From positions 868,001 through 932,000 of the forward strand of contig OZ024751.1 in assembly GCA_964016885.1 (NCBI GenBank): DNA of 64,000 bases, given 5' to 3'. Each line of letters starts with the position of its first letter. Within the stretch, counting starts at the first letter, position 1. The DNA comes from Eledone cirrhosa (lineage: Eukaryota). Below the pieces are notes generated by a model that worked only from the letters and a program-made list of their open reading frames with translations, made no database searches and was not told where the DNA came from. Made by a program: the position numbers and the translations under genes. Below are positions 43,887 to 56,528 of the stretch, piece after piece.

Positions 43887-43978
43887 AATAACTCTGAAAA
43901 ATTATTTTTTCGTAGAGTGCTTCCAATCTACTGTAAAACTCATTCTTTGATATACTCATTGAATTTTGTTTAGCTCTT

Positions 43979-44046
<68 letters not shown>

Positions 44047-44814
44047 GGGGATAGAGTTATAGCTACAACTCAACCCTGGCATCATTGATATACATATATA
44101 TATGATAAGAACAAATTAAAGTTTAAATAAAGAATTGCTGCTTTCACCCTTAATGGGAGCTTCTGAAACTAAAGAAAATCAATCTATGGAAGTAAATATT
44201 TTCAAAAAACGTTACAACCGAAGGAAAACAGGAAGACGATATATATATGTGTCATTAATAGTTACACATGACTCTCCTTCTCTAATAATACATAGCCCGG
44301 AATTATAAATATGTCGTCATAAGATGAAACAAATAAACAAATAAATAAGTAAACCATTCGAACCATTTCTTTAACATATATGAACCGGAGCGACTGACCT
44401 CTCTGGTAATTTGATACCTCTACCTTCTTATCATTCCAAGAATGTCAGCAAGAATAGAATCTCCCGCATCTTCTCTGCCTACTATAATAGCTTTCCAAAT
44501 CATATGACTACTGGTGGGGAATGCCAACACAACGCTAACTTCAGTAACATATCAAAAACATCACAACTTTCTACCTGTTTGAAGAGAACAGGTCAAAGGG
44601 TTATTATGCAATCACTTTGATGTCTTTGAAATACATATAACAGGATTATATAATAAAGAGAGGATGTACATTTAAAACTGTCTCTCTTCTTTATAATATT
44701 GACACTCCGGTTGATAACATTTTAAGGAATACAAGTCACAGAGGGCTTTACATCTATTTACAACAAAAGTTGGTGGATTATCTGATCAACGAAGTTTCCT
44801 AAATTGAATAATAT

Positions 44815-45075
44815 CATTATCAACATCATCATTTTACATACGCTTTTCCCTGCTTTCAAGGGTGGGACGGGAACTGATTCTGGCTTGATTTCTACAGCTG
44901 GATGCCCTTCCTAACACCAACTTCATTTACAGTGAGTGCTGGGTGCTTTTTTGTCACCTACACGACCATTTTGCAGTGGAATGATAGGGACTGGGACCTC
45001 AGTCCCTATCATCTCATTTCTACAGCTGAGTAAACTGGAGCAATGTGAAATAAAGTGTCTTGCTCAAGGAAACAA
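44815..45075 (-). mobile_element. SINE, head-truncated inverted relative of the 41991 copy
   Basis: Close reverse complement of ~42068-42300; retains the hairpin ATGATAGGGACTG-GGACCT-CAGTCCCTATCAT. Confidence 0.85.
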
Positions 45076-45146
45076 CACATCACGTGTGTATGTTGTGGGT
45101 TCATCTTAGGGAGAAGTGTTTAGACGGGGTCGGTATTTGTTAATAG

Positions 45147-45439
45147 CAACCAACCAAATCTTAATACCTCTGGAGCCACTTTTTTCACATAAAACAGGTA
45201 GAATTTCCAAAACTGATCAGATTAGAGCAAACATCACGGGCGCTCTATCTCAAAATTATTTTTGAAAAGCATTAGAAATGCGCAACCGGTAAAAACTTAA
45301 AACTAAAACTGAATACTAACCAATACTTATTACTAATTTTTACTTATTCCTAATTAAACTATTTTTCACTGGGAAAAATTTGTCAGCATTTTCTTTTCCT
45401 TTTACTAATATATCACAACTCGTGTGTTACACCTCTATT

Positions 45440-45446
<7 letters not shown>
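45147..45446 (+). repeat. Unclassified interspersed repeat, copy 1 (others at ~49496-49752 and ~51079-51343)
   Basis: GGTAGAATTTCCAAAACTGATCAGATTAG...CCTTTTACTAATATAT occurs three times with few differences, each next to (TA)n. Confidence 0.9.
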
Positions 45447-45522
<76 letters not shown>

Positions 45523-45534
45523 TTAATATAGATG

Positions 45535-45585
45535 AGATTCTACAGGACTAGAACTGTTTCATTCTTTAGAAATCATCAGGAATCT
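45535..45585 (-). ncRNA. Type I hammerhead ribozyme motif, complete topology
   Basis: Minus strand: AGAUUC-CUGAUGA-UUUC-UAAA-GAAU-GAAA-CAG-UUCUAGUC-CUG-UA-GAAUCU. It has a 6-bp stem I, stem III ACAG/CUGU and a GUA cleavage triplet; the first stem II position is U-U rather than R-Y. Confidence 0.75.
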
Positions 45586-45673
45586 GGGTATCAAAAAATA
45601 AGTATAGTATTTATAGGTCTCTACAAGTGGTTACCTCCGATTCAACCCAGAATAACGTATATATATATATATG

Positions 45674-45955
45674 TATATGATAAAGAACACAAGAGTGTCT
45701 ACAACATCAACAGATTTTTATTGGCTTACAATGTTTCTTCCTTACGTAACCGTAGGATTCGTCAGAGCTATAAAAGGGGTTTGATTGGTGTTATGGACTC
45801 TACCAACCACTTGAATGTTTGGTTGGTAGAGTCCATAACACCAATCAAACCCCTTTTATAGCTCTGACAAATCCTATGGTTACGTAAGGAAGAAACATTG
45901 TAAGCCAATAAAAATCTTTTGATGTTGTAGACGCTCTTGTGTTCTTTATCATATA
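45674..45955. repeat. Fold-back with 136-bp arms and 10-nt loop, each arm holding a hammerhead motif
   Basis: 45674-45809 is the reverse complement of 45820-45955 with 4 mismatches. Confidence 0.95.
45724..45768 (-). ncRNA. Type I hammerhead motif (left arm); mutated mirror copy at 45861-45905 (+)
   Basis: Minus strand: GCU-CUGACGA-AUCCUACG-GUUA-CGUAAGGAA-GAAAC-AUU-GUA-AGC, then CAAUAAA. The + copy has CUGACAA (core G8 lost). Confidence 0.68.
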
Positions 45956-46047
45956 TACGGCTCTGCTCCAAAGCATAGAGCTAATTATTATGCTGCCAAT
46001 ACCTTAATGGGACACGGGTATACAATACCTAACTCCTATTAACCTAA

Positions 46048-46111
<64 letters not shown>

Positions 46112-46442
46112 AACTGGTCTATAGAATTCTTTTGGCCTTTGTCACTCTAAGTAGAACTTTAAAGAATTAGCTTTTAAAGAATTTCCATTTTCTTTAAATC
46201 CTTCAACCATGACCGACTCCCAACGATCTTATAGACACCTGAAATATAGGCATTGTTAGCTTAAGAGAAACTTTAAAATAAGAAGTGGCACCCCAATCTA
46301 AACTTGTTTATAGAATTCTTTCTGCCTTTGTCACTCTAAATATAAATTATAGCTTTAAAGAATTAGCTTGTAATGAATTCCCCTTTCTATCAACCAATGA
46401 CCTCTACCCATCCCACTCCCCACCCTCTCCTACCACCTGAAA

Positions 46443-46545
46443 AGACCTATATATACCACTTTTATTTTTGGGTACCCAGATTCCTAATGATTTCTAAAGG
46501 ATGAAACAGCTCTAGTCCTGTTAAACCTCATCTATATTAAAACTT
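46443..46545 (+). repeat. Diverged inverted copy of 45519-45620 with degenerate hammerhead (CUAAUGA...GAAAC)
   Basis: CCAGATTCCTAATGATTTCTAAAGGATGAAACAGCTCTAGTCCTG mirrors 45543-45587. Confidence 0.8.
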
Positions 46546-46589
46546 TTATACTCTGCTACGTATTGAGTACCTTACTTACTGTGGTTACT

Positions 46590-46770
<181 letters not shown>

Positions 46771-46846
46771 AATGGCTGCCCTCTCGTTATCGAGTATGGC
46801 CATTGCACGAGAAAAAAAATATATATATACACACATACATATACAT

Positions 46847-46924
<78 letters not shown>

Positions 46925-46928
<4 letters not shown>

Positions 46929-47318
46929 CCACATTCGATCGCAGCACTGTTAGTTGCTATCGTGTGTGTGTGTGTGTGTGTATAGATATGTTTATGTGTG
47001 TGCATGTGTGTGTATATATATATATATATATATGTATATTATTATTGTTGCTGTTGTTGTTGTTATTATTATTGTTGTTATTATTATTATTATTGTTATT
47101 AATATATATGTGTGTATATATATATATATATATACACACATATATATTAATAACAATAATAATAATAATAACAACAATAATAATAACAACAACAACAGCA
47201 ACAATAATAATATACATATATATATATATATATACACACACATGCACACACATAAACATATCTATACACACACACACACACGATAGCAACTAACAGTGCT
47301 GCGATCGAATGTGGCTTT
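46925..47318. repeat. ~394-bp near-perfect palindrome centred on (TA)n, duplicating the RTE stop-codon region
   Basis: AAAGCCACATTCGATCGCAGCACTGTTAGTTGCTATCG at 46925 mirrors 47281-47318; the inner (GT)n/(TA)n/(TTA/TTG)n blocks are mirrored too. Confidence 0.95.
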
Positions 47319-49353
47319 TTAGCCCAGCCAATGATCTAAAATGTCTTGCACAGAGTCGGCAACCAAAACATGCACTGGCAATAGCCGGCTGTGGTTGGAG
47401 TTCATGTACTTTTGCATGTCGTTTGAGCCCTCCTGCTGATTTACATTCTCTACCACATGCTTGGCAAGCATGATGAGTAGCATCTCCAACAGCAGCCTGG
47501 TAGTCAACCACTGGTCTTACTTTATGACTGCGAAGATGACTTTCGAGTCCAGCTTTGCTTAGGCAGAGTCTCGCACAGACGCTGCATTTCAGCACCATAG
47601 GAGGACCCTCGCCGTCTGGAAGTGCAACAGCAATGCCCCTCCTCACATCCCGCTTTACTTTCTCGTATGCGATTCGAGATGCCTCAAAGGCAACTTTTCC
47701 CTCATATACAGTCTTTCTCCATTTATTACGATCAGCAGCAATATTTTCCCATGTATCAGCAGAGATGTTAGCGTCTTTCAAAGAGGCTTTCAAGGAATCC
47801 TTATACCTCTTTTTTGGTTTATGTGGCGGTCGTTTTCCTTTAACTAACTCTCCATAAAAGAGTTGTTTTGGTATTCTAGAATCCTTCATCCTGGCAAGGT
47901 GACCACTCCAACGGAGTCGTTGCTTAAGCACAAGAGCTTCTATACTGTCACACATAGAGCTTTCCAAAATCTCGACATCACTGATGTGGTCCCTCCAGTG
48001 AATGCCATCGATCTGTCTGAGACGCATCTGATGGAAATGCTCCAATTGCTTAAGGTGGTGTCGATATGTGACCCAGGTCTCGCAGGCATAAAGAAGAGAA
48101 GAGAGCACACATGCCTTGTACACCTTTACCTTTGTCTTCTTGCAAATGTCTCGCCGACCCCAGAGTCGCCTTTCTAGCTTCCCGAAAGCATCACTTGCTT
48201 TCCTAATCCTAAGTGAGATTTCACTATCAAGGTTGCTGTATCGATTGACAGTGCTTCCCAGGTAGATAAACTGATCAACCACTCCAAGTTGTTTACCATA
48301 CACATAGATATTTGGTTCACTGTACTGCTTACCAGGGACAGGTTGGTACATGACGGTTTTTTAAAGACTGACAGTCAATCCTAGGGCAGTGCAAGCGTCA
48401 GAAAATGCATTCAAAATGTGCTGCATATCACTCTCTGTGTGCGCTACAAGATCGCAATCATCTACATACAAGAGGTCTCTTATGATTGATGTAAATATTT
48501 TTGTCTTTGCAGCAAAGCGCCTGATGTTAAATATGCTGCCTGAGGTTCGATATCGGATGTAAACACCATGCTCGCAATTCCTGAATGCAATACAGAAAAC
48601 CATTGCAAAGTATATGGCAAACAGGGTCGGTGCTGGAATATCCCCCTGTTTCACTCCATTTTTTACTGAGATAGGCTTCGACATGTTACCTCCGACATTA
48701 ACCCAAGCCTTCATGTCGTCATGGAAAGACCTAACTAAAGCAAGGAACTTATCAGGGCAACCAAGTTTCTGGAGAAGCTTCCATAATGCATTTCTGTTAA
48801 CAGTATCGAAAGCTTTTGTCAGATCGACAAAAACCTGATACAGATCCAAACCTTGTTCCATGTACTTCTCCTGGAGCTGTCTAGCTGAGAAGATCATATC
48901 AGTAGTGCCGCGTCCAGCACGTAAACCAGATTGACTTTCAGGAAGAACACAATCTGCAATGTGTATCAGCAGACGGTCCAGAAGCACCCTACATAAAACT
49001 TTCCCTACGACAGAAAGCAATGATATACCTCTGTAGTTCCCACAATCATTCCTGTTACCCTTTCCCTTGTACAAGACCACCATTACTGCATCTCTCCAGT
49101 CCTCAGGTACGGATTCATTAGCCCATATCCTGCCAAACAAAGAGTGAAGATGTTGCAGGAGTCTCTCACCACCATATTGTAGGAGCTCAGCATGTATGCC
49201 ATCCATACCCGGAGACCTTCCACTGTTCAGCTTCGAGATAGCCACTGCAACCTCCACAAGCGTCGGAGGTTCTGCGAGAGCTACTTTCACAGGACTTTCT
49301 GGAATGAGATTGAGGAAATCTTCATTGATGACAGACGGCTGATTCAAAAGATC
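47290..49353 (-). pseudogene. LINE reverse transcriptase with three C-terminal C2H2 zinc fingers; one in-frame TAA at 48361-48363
   Basis: Motifs SPGMDGIHAE, NYRGISLLS, QSGLRAGRGTTDMIF, FVDLTKAFDTV, GVKQG, YVDD, RLRWSGHL. Fingers CSVC..HLRSH, CQAC..HAKVH, CRLC..HIRSQH. The two ORF-track pieces are in one frame (TAA AAA ACC GTC ATG). Confidence 0.92.
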
Positions 49354-49426
49354 ATACATACATACATACATGCATACATACATACATACATACATACATA
49401 CATACATACATACATACATACATACA

Positions 49427-49502
<76 letters not shown>

Positions 49503-49857
49503 CTGGTAGAATTTCCAAAACTGATCAGATTAGAGCAAACATCACGAGCGCTCTATCTCAAAATTATTTTTGAAAGGCATTAGAAATGTGCAACCGGTAA
49601 AAACTTAAAACTAAAACTGAATACTAACCAATACTTATTACTAATTTTTACATATTCCTAATTATACTATTTTTCACTGGGAAAAATTTGTCAGCATTTT
49701 CTTTTCCTTTTACTAATATATCACAACTCGTGTGTTACACCTCTATTCTTTTATATATATATATTGAACTGGTCTATAGAATTCTTTTGGCCTTTGTCAC
49801 TCTAAGTAGAACTTTAAAGAATTTCCCTTTTCTTTAAATCCTTCAACCGTGACCGAC

Positions 49858-49948
49858 CTCCAGAGGTATTAAGATTTGGTTGGTTGTTATTAACAAATAC
49901 GGACCCTGTCTAAACACTTCTCCCTAAGACAAACCCACAACATACACA
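49858..49948 (-). repeat. Inverted copy of 45084-45175
   Basis: CTCCAGAGGTATTAAGATTTGGTTGGTTG...CCCACAACATACAC mirrors 45084-45175. Confidence 0.85.
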
Positions 49949-50293
49949 CGTCAACATACATACCTACACCAGCATAAATCCTACATACATTTCTATCCAC
50001 ATATAAACACAATGACATACGTAAACACACATGTTCTATGGTGCAACACAAATATACACAAATTTGCATACCTTTGTCTATAGATATAAACACACATACA
50101 TATACGCACACATGCATTGCACACTGATGGGCACATACATATTTGTACACAAGTATTCCCATACGGCAGGGCCTAATGGATTCCCCTTGCAGTACGTACA
50201 ATCTGGACACTCACACACACCTTGGTGTTATGACAATACTATATATCATTTCACACCTTTTATTATTAATGTTTTTGATGTTCAGTAATTTTG

Positions 50294-50359
50294 ATTTTCA
50301 GTAATTTGCAAAAACGATTCTCTCAAAAGAGAGAATCGTTTTTGCAAATTACTGAAAAT
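50294..50359. repeat. Perfect hairpin, 31-bp arms, 4-nt loop
   Basis: ATTTTCAGTAATTTGCAAAAACGATTCTCTC-AAAA-GAGAGAATCGTTTTTGCAAATTACTGAAAAT. Confidence 0.95.
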
Positions 50360-50410
50360 ATCGAATAATGTACACCATTTTTACCAGTATCACAAAAAAT
50401 ACTGGTCCAT

Positions 50411-50878
<468 letters not shown>

Positions 50879-51516
50879 ATTTGTCTTAAAAGACTTATTT
50901 TTCAGTGACTTCTCAATCAGGCGAAAAAGGACACTCTTCCACAAACCTACATTTGGCGCAAAATCAATTTTTAACATTCACGTAACCTCTACCGACCAAT
51001 CAAAATTGTTTTGACTACAAGAATTTTTACAACACGAATTGGCGCGAAACTTATATTACTCATTCACGTGACATTCAACAACCAACCAAATCTTAATACC
51101 TCTGGAGCCACTTTTTTCACATAAAACAGGTAGAATTTCCAAAACTGATCAGATTAGAACAAACATCACGAGCGCTCTATCTCAAAATTATTTTTGAAAA
51201 GCATTAGAAATGCACAACCGGTAAAAACTTAAAACTAAAACTGAATACTAACCAATACTTATTACTAATTTTTACTTATTCCTAATTAAACTATTTTTCA
51301 CTGGGAAAAATTTGTCAGCATTTTCTTTTTCCTTTTACTAATATATATATATATATATATAGATAGATAGATCGATATACAAACCTAGAATTAGTGAATT
51401 GACTTCCATGGGAAGACTGAATTCCCCCCCCCCCCCAGGATAGCAATCTCTGCACTAGCAGCTTACTCTTGTTTGTCAGACAAAACCAGCAAACAAGAGT
51501 TAGTTCAGTAAGAGCT

Positions 51517-51587
<71 letters not shown>

Positions 51588-52414
51588 GTGTGTGATGTGT
51601 TTAATGAATGCTTCCACAACAGAGCATAATAGAGATATTTGATATTTCTCAACCTGAAAGATGGCATGTTAGACTGACCAACAAACAGACAGACTGAGAG
51701 ACTGACATACCAACAGACAGCAAGCAGCTACAGTTGGTTAGATAGAGGTTTGAATCATTTGCAATATGGTAAGGGGGAGATAATAGTAGGGGTAAATTAG
51801 TTTAAAATGCTGAAGGGATTTATTGCTGTTAGTGTCTACTGCCAAGATGTGGCGTTGAGATTAGCAATCAGTGTAAAGAATGCTACACAATGTTATATAA
51901 ACTCTGCAGAAAACAGAGAAAAGTCTGTTAAATTTCTTATATCATAATCATAATAATAATGCTCTATTTTCTCGAGTGTGAATAGTAGGGGGCAGACTAA
52001 TGGCAGTTGAAGTTGGGTAAAAAGTGGAAAAATAAATAAATAAATAAAACTTAAAAAACGGGTCTTTCTTTACAAGGGATTTCATTCAGTGAGTGGATAG
52101 TTAGCAGGATCTAATAGTTTCATTACCGTGTTTCTAATTTTGAAAATATCGAAGAATTTGGAGGGATTTAGTAATATAAATTTAGTAAGTAATTCTCATT
52201 ATTTAACAAGAGTTTGGAGAATGTATATATGTATATATCCTCTATATCTCTTTCTCACTTCCTTTCTCTCAATCTCTCTATCATTCTCTGGAAGAAATCT
52301 ACTGTATTCAGGCCTGGAGAGGAGATGGACCCTGCCATGTTTAAAAAGTGCCCTTAGAAACGGTGTATGTTAATATGGCGCCCCTACAACTCCCTCAGGA
52401 GTTACGGGTCATAC

Positions 52415-52662
<248 letters not shown>

Positions 52663-54086
52663 GTTTTGCGAGGTTTTTTATATGAAATCGTGTGTCGAAA
52701 CAAATATTGTTATACTTGGGGAGGGTCATATTTGTGTAATATTACCAGAATTAATAACAGAACACACTCACTGTTTGGTTGGTTTTCGCTTTTCGCTTCT
52801 GTGTTTTTTATATCGGTAATCTAATTTATTCGGTCCTCAATGTTGCCATTGACTGACCAACGGTCAAAAATACAGATACAATATAGATACAAACACATAT
52901 ATATAGTTTATCAAAGTTCTTTCGTTGCACATCTGCAACATCGTCAGTGGTGCTATTGTTTCCTCCCGTTGCATTGTATTTTCTACACCATCTTTATTTA
53001 GTCTGTTTATATATTTATTTATTTGTTTATTTTATTTTGTCTTCTTTGCGCATGCGTTTGCAAGTGTGTATAGTGTTTTGTTTGATGTGTGTTCGTGATT
53101 GGGTGACTGTGTATTGGTTAATGTATTCTATCTTTACTAGTGTGTGTTTATATGTGTTTATTGTTATTGTGCTTGTGCATGTATTAATTTATTTATTTAT
53201 CTATTTATTTATTTATTTATTTATACTTCTCTTAGGTCAGTGTTGTTTGTTTGGGTGTTGTTGTTATTCCATTCATTTTTTCTGTTTAGCCTTGGCCTTC
53301 TAAGTTCTATTTCACTGGCCTCTTTGATTTGCGTATCTGCTGGGTCATTTCTATGTTTAGATATTATTCTAATTTCTATGTTGTCTATGTTACCATCGTG
53401 TTGTTGTCTGGCATGTTCGTATAGTACTGAACCGTTTTTTCGTCCTTTTAGTTCCCCCCAGTGTTGGTCTATCCTTTCACCTATGCTACGAGCTGTCTCG
53501 CCTATGTATGTTGTTGTCATGTTTCTGCAAGTACCCTCTGTACATCTTATGCTATAGACTACGTTTACCTTACATATGATACATTTCCTATTAGTACAAT
53601 GGGTTTTCTTGAAAGGGTAGGTTTTGCTGATCAGGGATTTTATGGTGGTTCCTGGCTTTTCTACCACCTTTATTTTTAAGTGGGTCTTTCTCAGGGCCTT
53701 TCTACACTGGTTAGCTAATTTCCCTCCAGGGGTAGCGTCCACAAACAAGACACTCTGGTATCTCTGGTTGTCGTACCATGAGGTGGCTTTCCCTATCTTA
53801 TGTCTAGCTCTATCTAAGCTATTCCATGATTTGCTCCTGTATAATGGGCAAATTCCTTTCATGTCCAGTTCTATGAGGGTCTTATACTTCTCCGTGGCTC
53901 CTTCGTATACTCTGAACCTGTCTCTTTGGTTGTAGCCAGAGAACTGCATGTGGTTGATGAAGTGTTGGATGTGTCTTGCCATTGCTGTTGGGTCGCACAT
54001 GCGGGACACGTTCTTCATCACTCGTACAAAGTCTGCGATCGGAATATTAAACTTAGCACTACTGGATATTGCTGAGTTTTTGAGTA
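52663..54086 (-). mobile_element. Penelope-like element, 5'-truncated: RT C-terminus, C-terminal GIY-YIG endonuclease and 3' region
   Basis: ORF 54021-53221 has a Cys-rich linker CTNRKCIIC, NVVYSIRC...TYIGETARSIGERIDQH, and downstream H..H, E and P.LN motifs of PLE GIY-YIG nucleases. Confidence 0.92.
52909..52952 (-). ncRNA. Hammerhead-like core in PLE 3' region (mirror copy at 55144-55187 +)
   Basis: CUGACGA-U-GUUGCA-GAUG-UGCAAC-GAAA-GAACUU. The mirror copy has CUGAAGA, differing only at variable N7. Stem I pairing is imperfect. Confidence 0.55.
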
Positions 54087-55386
54087 GACGATATCAATAT
54101 AGTTATAAGAACATCCCCACAAGAGAGCACTAATAAGTTTGATTTAGAACGTAGCACAATGGAAAGCATCCAGCAGATAGCTAATTCCATACACCAGAGT
54201 ATAACTGTAACTATCGACTACCCTTCCAAACACCCTAACAATAGACTACCTGTATTAGACACGGAACTCTGGATTAACACTATAGACGAGAGAGCCCAAA
54301 TTCTCCACTCACACTATGCTAAACCCATGGCCTCCAAATACCTGATACTCAAAAAATCAGCAATGTCCAGTGGTGCTAAGTTTAATATTCTGATCGCAGA
54401 CTTTGTACGAGTGATGAAGAACGTGTCCCGCATGTGCGACCCAACAGAAATGGAAAGACACATCCAACACTTCATCAACGGCATGCAGTTTCTCTGGCTA
54501 CAACCAAAGAGACAGAATCAGAGTATACGAAGGAGCCACGGAGAAGTATAAGACCCTCATAGAACTGGACATGAAAGGAATTTGCCCATTATACAGGAGC
54601 AAATCATGGAATAGCTTAGATAGGGATAGACATAAGATAGGGCAAGCCACCTCATGGTACGACAACCAGAGATACCAGAGTGTCATGTTTGTGGACGCTA
54701 CCCCTGGAGGGAAATTAGCTAACCAGTGTAGAAAGGCCCTGAGAAAGACCCACTTAAAGATTAAGGTGGTAGAAAAGCCAGGAACCACCATAAAATCCCT
54801 GATCAGCAAAACCTACCCTTTCAAGAAAACCCACTGTACTAATAGGAAATGTATCATATGTAAGGTAAACGTAGTCTATAGCATAAGATGTACAGAGGGT
54901 ACTTGCAGAAATGTGACAACAACATACATAGGCGAGACAGCTCGTAGCATAGGTGAAAGGATAGACCAACACTGGGGGGAACTAAAAGGACGAAAAAACG
55001 GTTCAGTACTATACGAACATGCCAGACAACAACACGATGATAACATAGACAACATAGAAATTAGAATAATATCTAAACATAGAAATGACCCAGCAGATAC
55101 GCAAATCAGAGAGAAATATACAAGCAACGGGAGGAAACAATAGCACCACTGAAGATGTTGCAGATGTGCAACGAAAGAACTTTGATAAACTATATATATG
55201 TGTTTGTGTCTATATTGTATCTGTATTTTTGACTGTTGGTCAGTCAATGGCAACATTGAGGACCGAATAAATTAGATTATCGATATAAAAGACACAGAAG
55301 CAAAATGTGAAAACCAACCAAACAGTGAGTGTGTTCTGTTATTAATTCTGGCAATATTACACAAATATGACCCCCCCCCCCAAGTA

Positions 55387-55390
<4 letters not shown>
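54084..55390 (+). mobile_element. Penelope-like element, inverted partner copy (starts at the VDD motif; frameshift ~54490; ~350-bp deletion near 55110)
   Basis: From 54084 the frame reads VDDINIVIRT...MESIQQ...LPVLDTELW...HYAKPM; ORF 54571-55143 has the same GIY-YIG as the minus copy. Confidence 0.92.
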
Positions 55391-55445
<55 letters not shown>

Positions 55446-55545
55446 ATTAAAATACTGGAGCGTGTTGGAGTTAAACACCCTCTTCGTATTATAGAAATGA
55501 CAGTAGAAGGTATAGCTCAATGTAATTAAACAGAGCCGAAGAATT

Positions 55546-55800
55546 ATATAAATTGTAAAATACCCAAAATTATGATGGTACAAAAATATAAAACATCTTA
55601 CATGATATATAAAGTTTATATATTATATTATGTTAATTATTTTCTATTGTATTTTTTATATTGTATTTGTTATTGTACTATCGATCCTTATTACTTACCG
55701 TTGATTATATGTACCATTGTGATATGTTAAACTTTATATATCATGTAAGATGTTTTATATTTTTGTACCATCATAATTTTGGGTATTTTACAATTTATAT
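55546..55800. repeat. Perfect 73-bp inverted repeat with 109-bp spacer
   Basis: 55546-55618 is the reverse complement of 55728-55800. Confidence 0.92.
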
Positions 55801-56490
55801 TTTTTCTCACCTACTCTGTAACTCTATATGAATTGATTTGTTAACTTGCATGCCATTATATATTATATATTATATATGTTATATTATTATTATAGTATTA
55901 TTGTGACATCTATATTGTTTGTGTAAATTAACCGGGGATTATCTATTATATTATATTATATAATATATAATTGTATAGTTTATTATATATTATATGTGCT
56001 ACTTATACTTATAATCATATCATATTATTACCTCATGTATATTAGATATATGTATTATTATTATTATTATTATTTTTATTCCTATCGTGCTTATTTATAT
56101 TTAAACTCTTAATAAGGTTTAATTTGTGCTGTTGAAGATGGATATGTGTATTGATGTATGTGTATGTGTGCGTACGTGTGCGTACATATATACATATGTA
56201 TATTGTACCTTTTAATTTTTATTGTAATTTTAATATTGTTACAGGTATATTATATTATATTATATGGTATTATATATAATTCCCGCTCTATATAACCACC
56301 TTTGTTTAGCTCTAGGTTTTTTTTGCTTTGGACTATATTTGTAATATGGTTCTAAATGTTATACACCTCCTTAGTGATTTTTATTATATATTTTTACCCA
56401 TAATCTTGCAATACTTTAGTGTATGTACACTCCATATTCTTCGGAGTTTTCGGCTTGTATTGGCCAATAATACTTCTTGTTGTTTTAATT

Positions 56491-56528
56491 GCCCTGATGA
56501 GTCCTTAATAGGACGAAACATTGTTGGC
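56491..56528 (+). ncRNA. Minimal type I hammerhead ribozyme followed by AATAAA
   Basis: GCC-CUGAUGA-GUCC-UUAAUA-GGAC-GAAAC-AUU-GUU-GGC; AATAAA at 56530-56535; (TA)n about 45 bp later. Confidence 0.8.

Larger units (their letters stand above)
46771..49353 (-). mobile_element. 5'-truncated RTE (BovB-like) LINE inserted in a (TACA)n microsatellite
   Basis: RT frame 49353-47290; (TACA)n on both flanks (46703-46770 and 49354-49455); probable 3' stem-loop terminus at 46771-46810. Confidence 0.88.

Noticed and set aside
47290-47600. Host C2H2 zinc-finger gene
   Set aside because: The fingers are in frame with the LINE RT and lack TGEKP linkers.
51780-52412. Possible decayed LINE 3' end with terminal hairpin AACTCC-CTCA-GGAGTT
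   Set aside because: No recognisable protein motif could be read, so it is left unassigned.
54087-54158. Unrelated spacer between the inverted PLE arms
   Set aside because: It translates in frame as DDINIVIRT..., part of the plus-strand RT.
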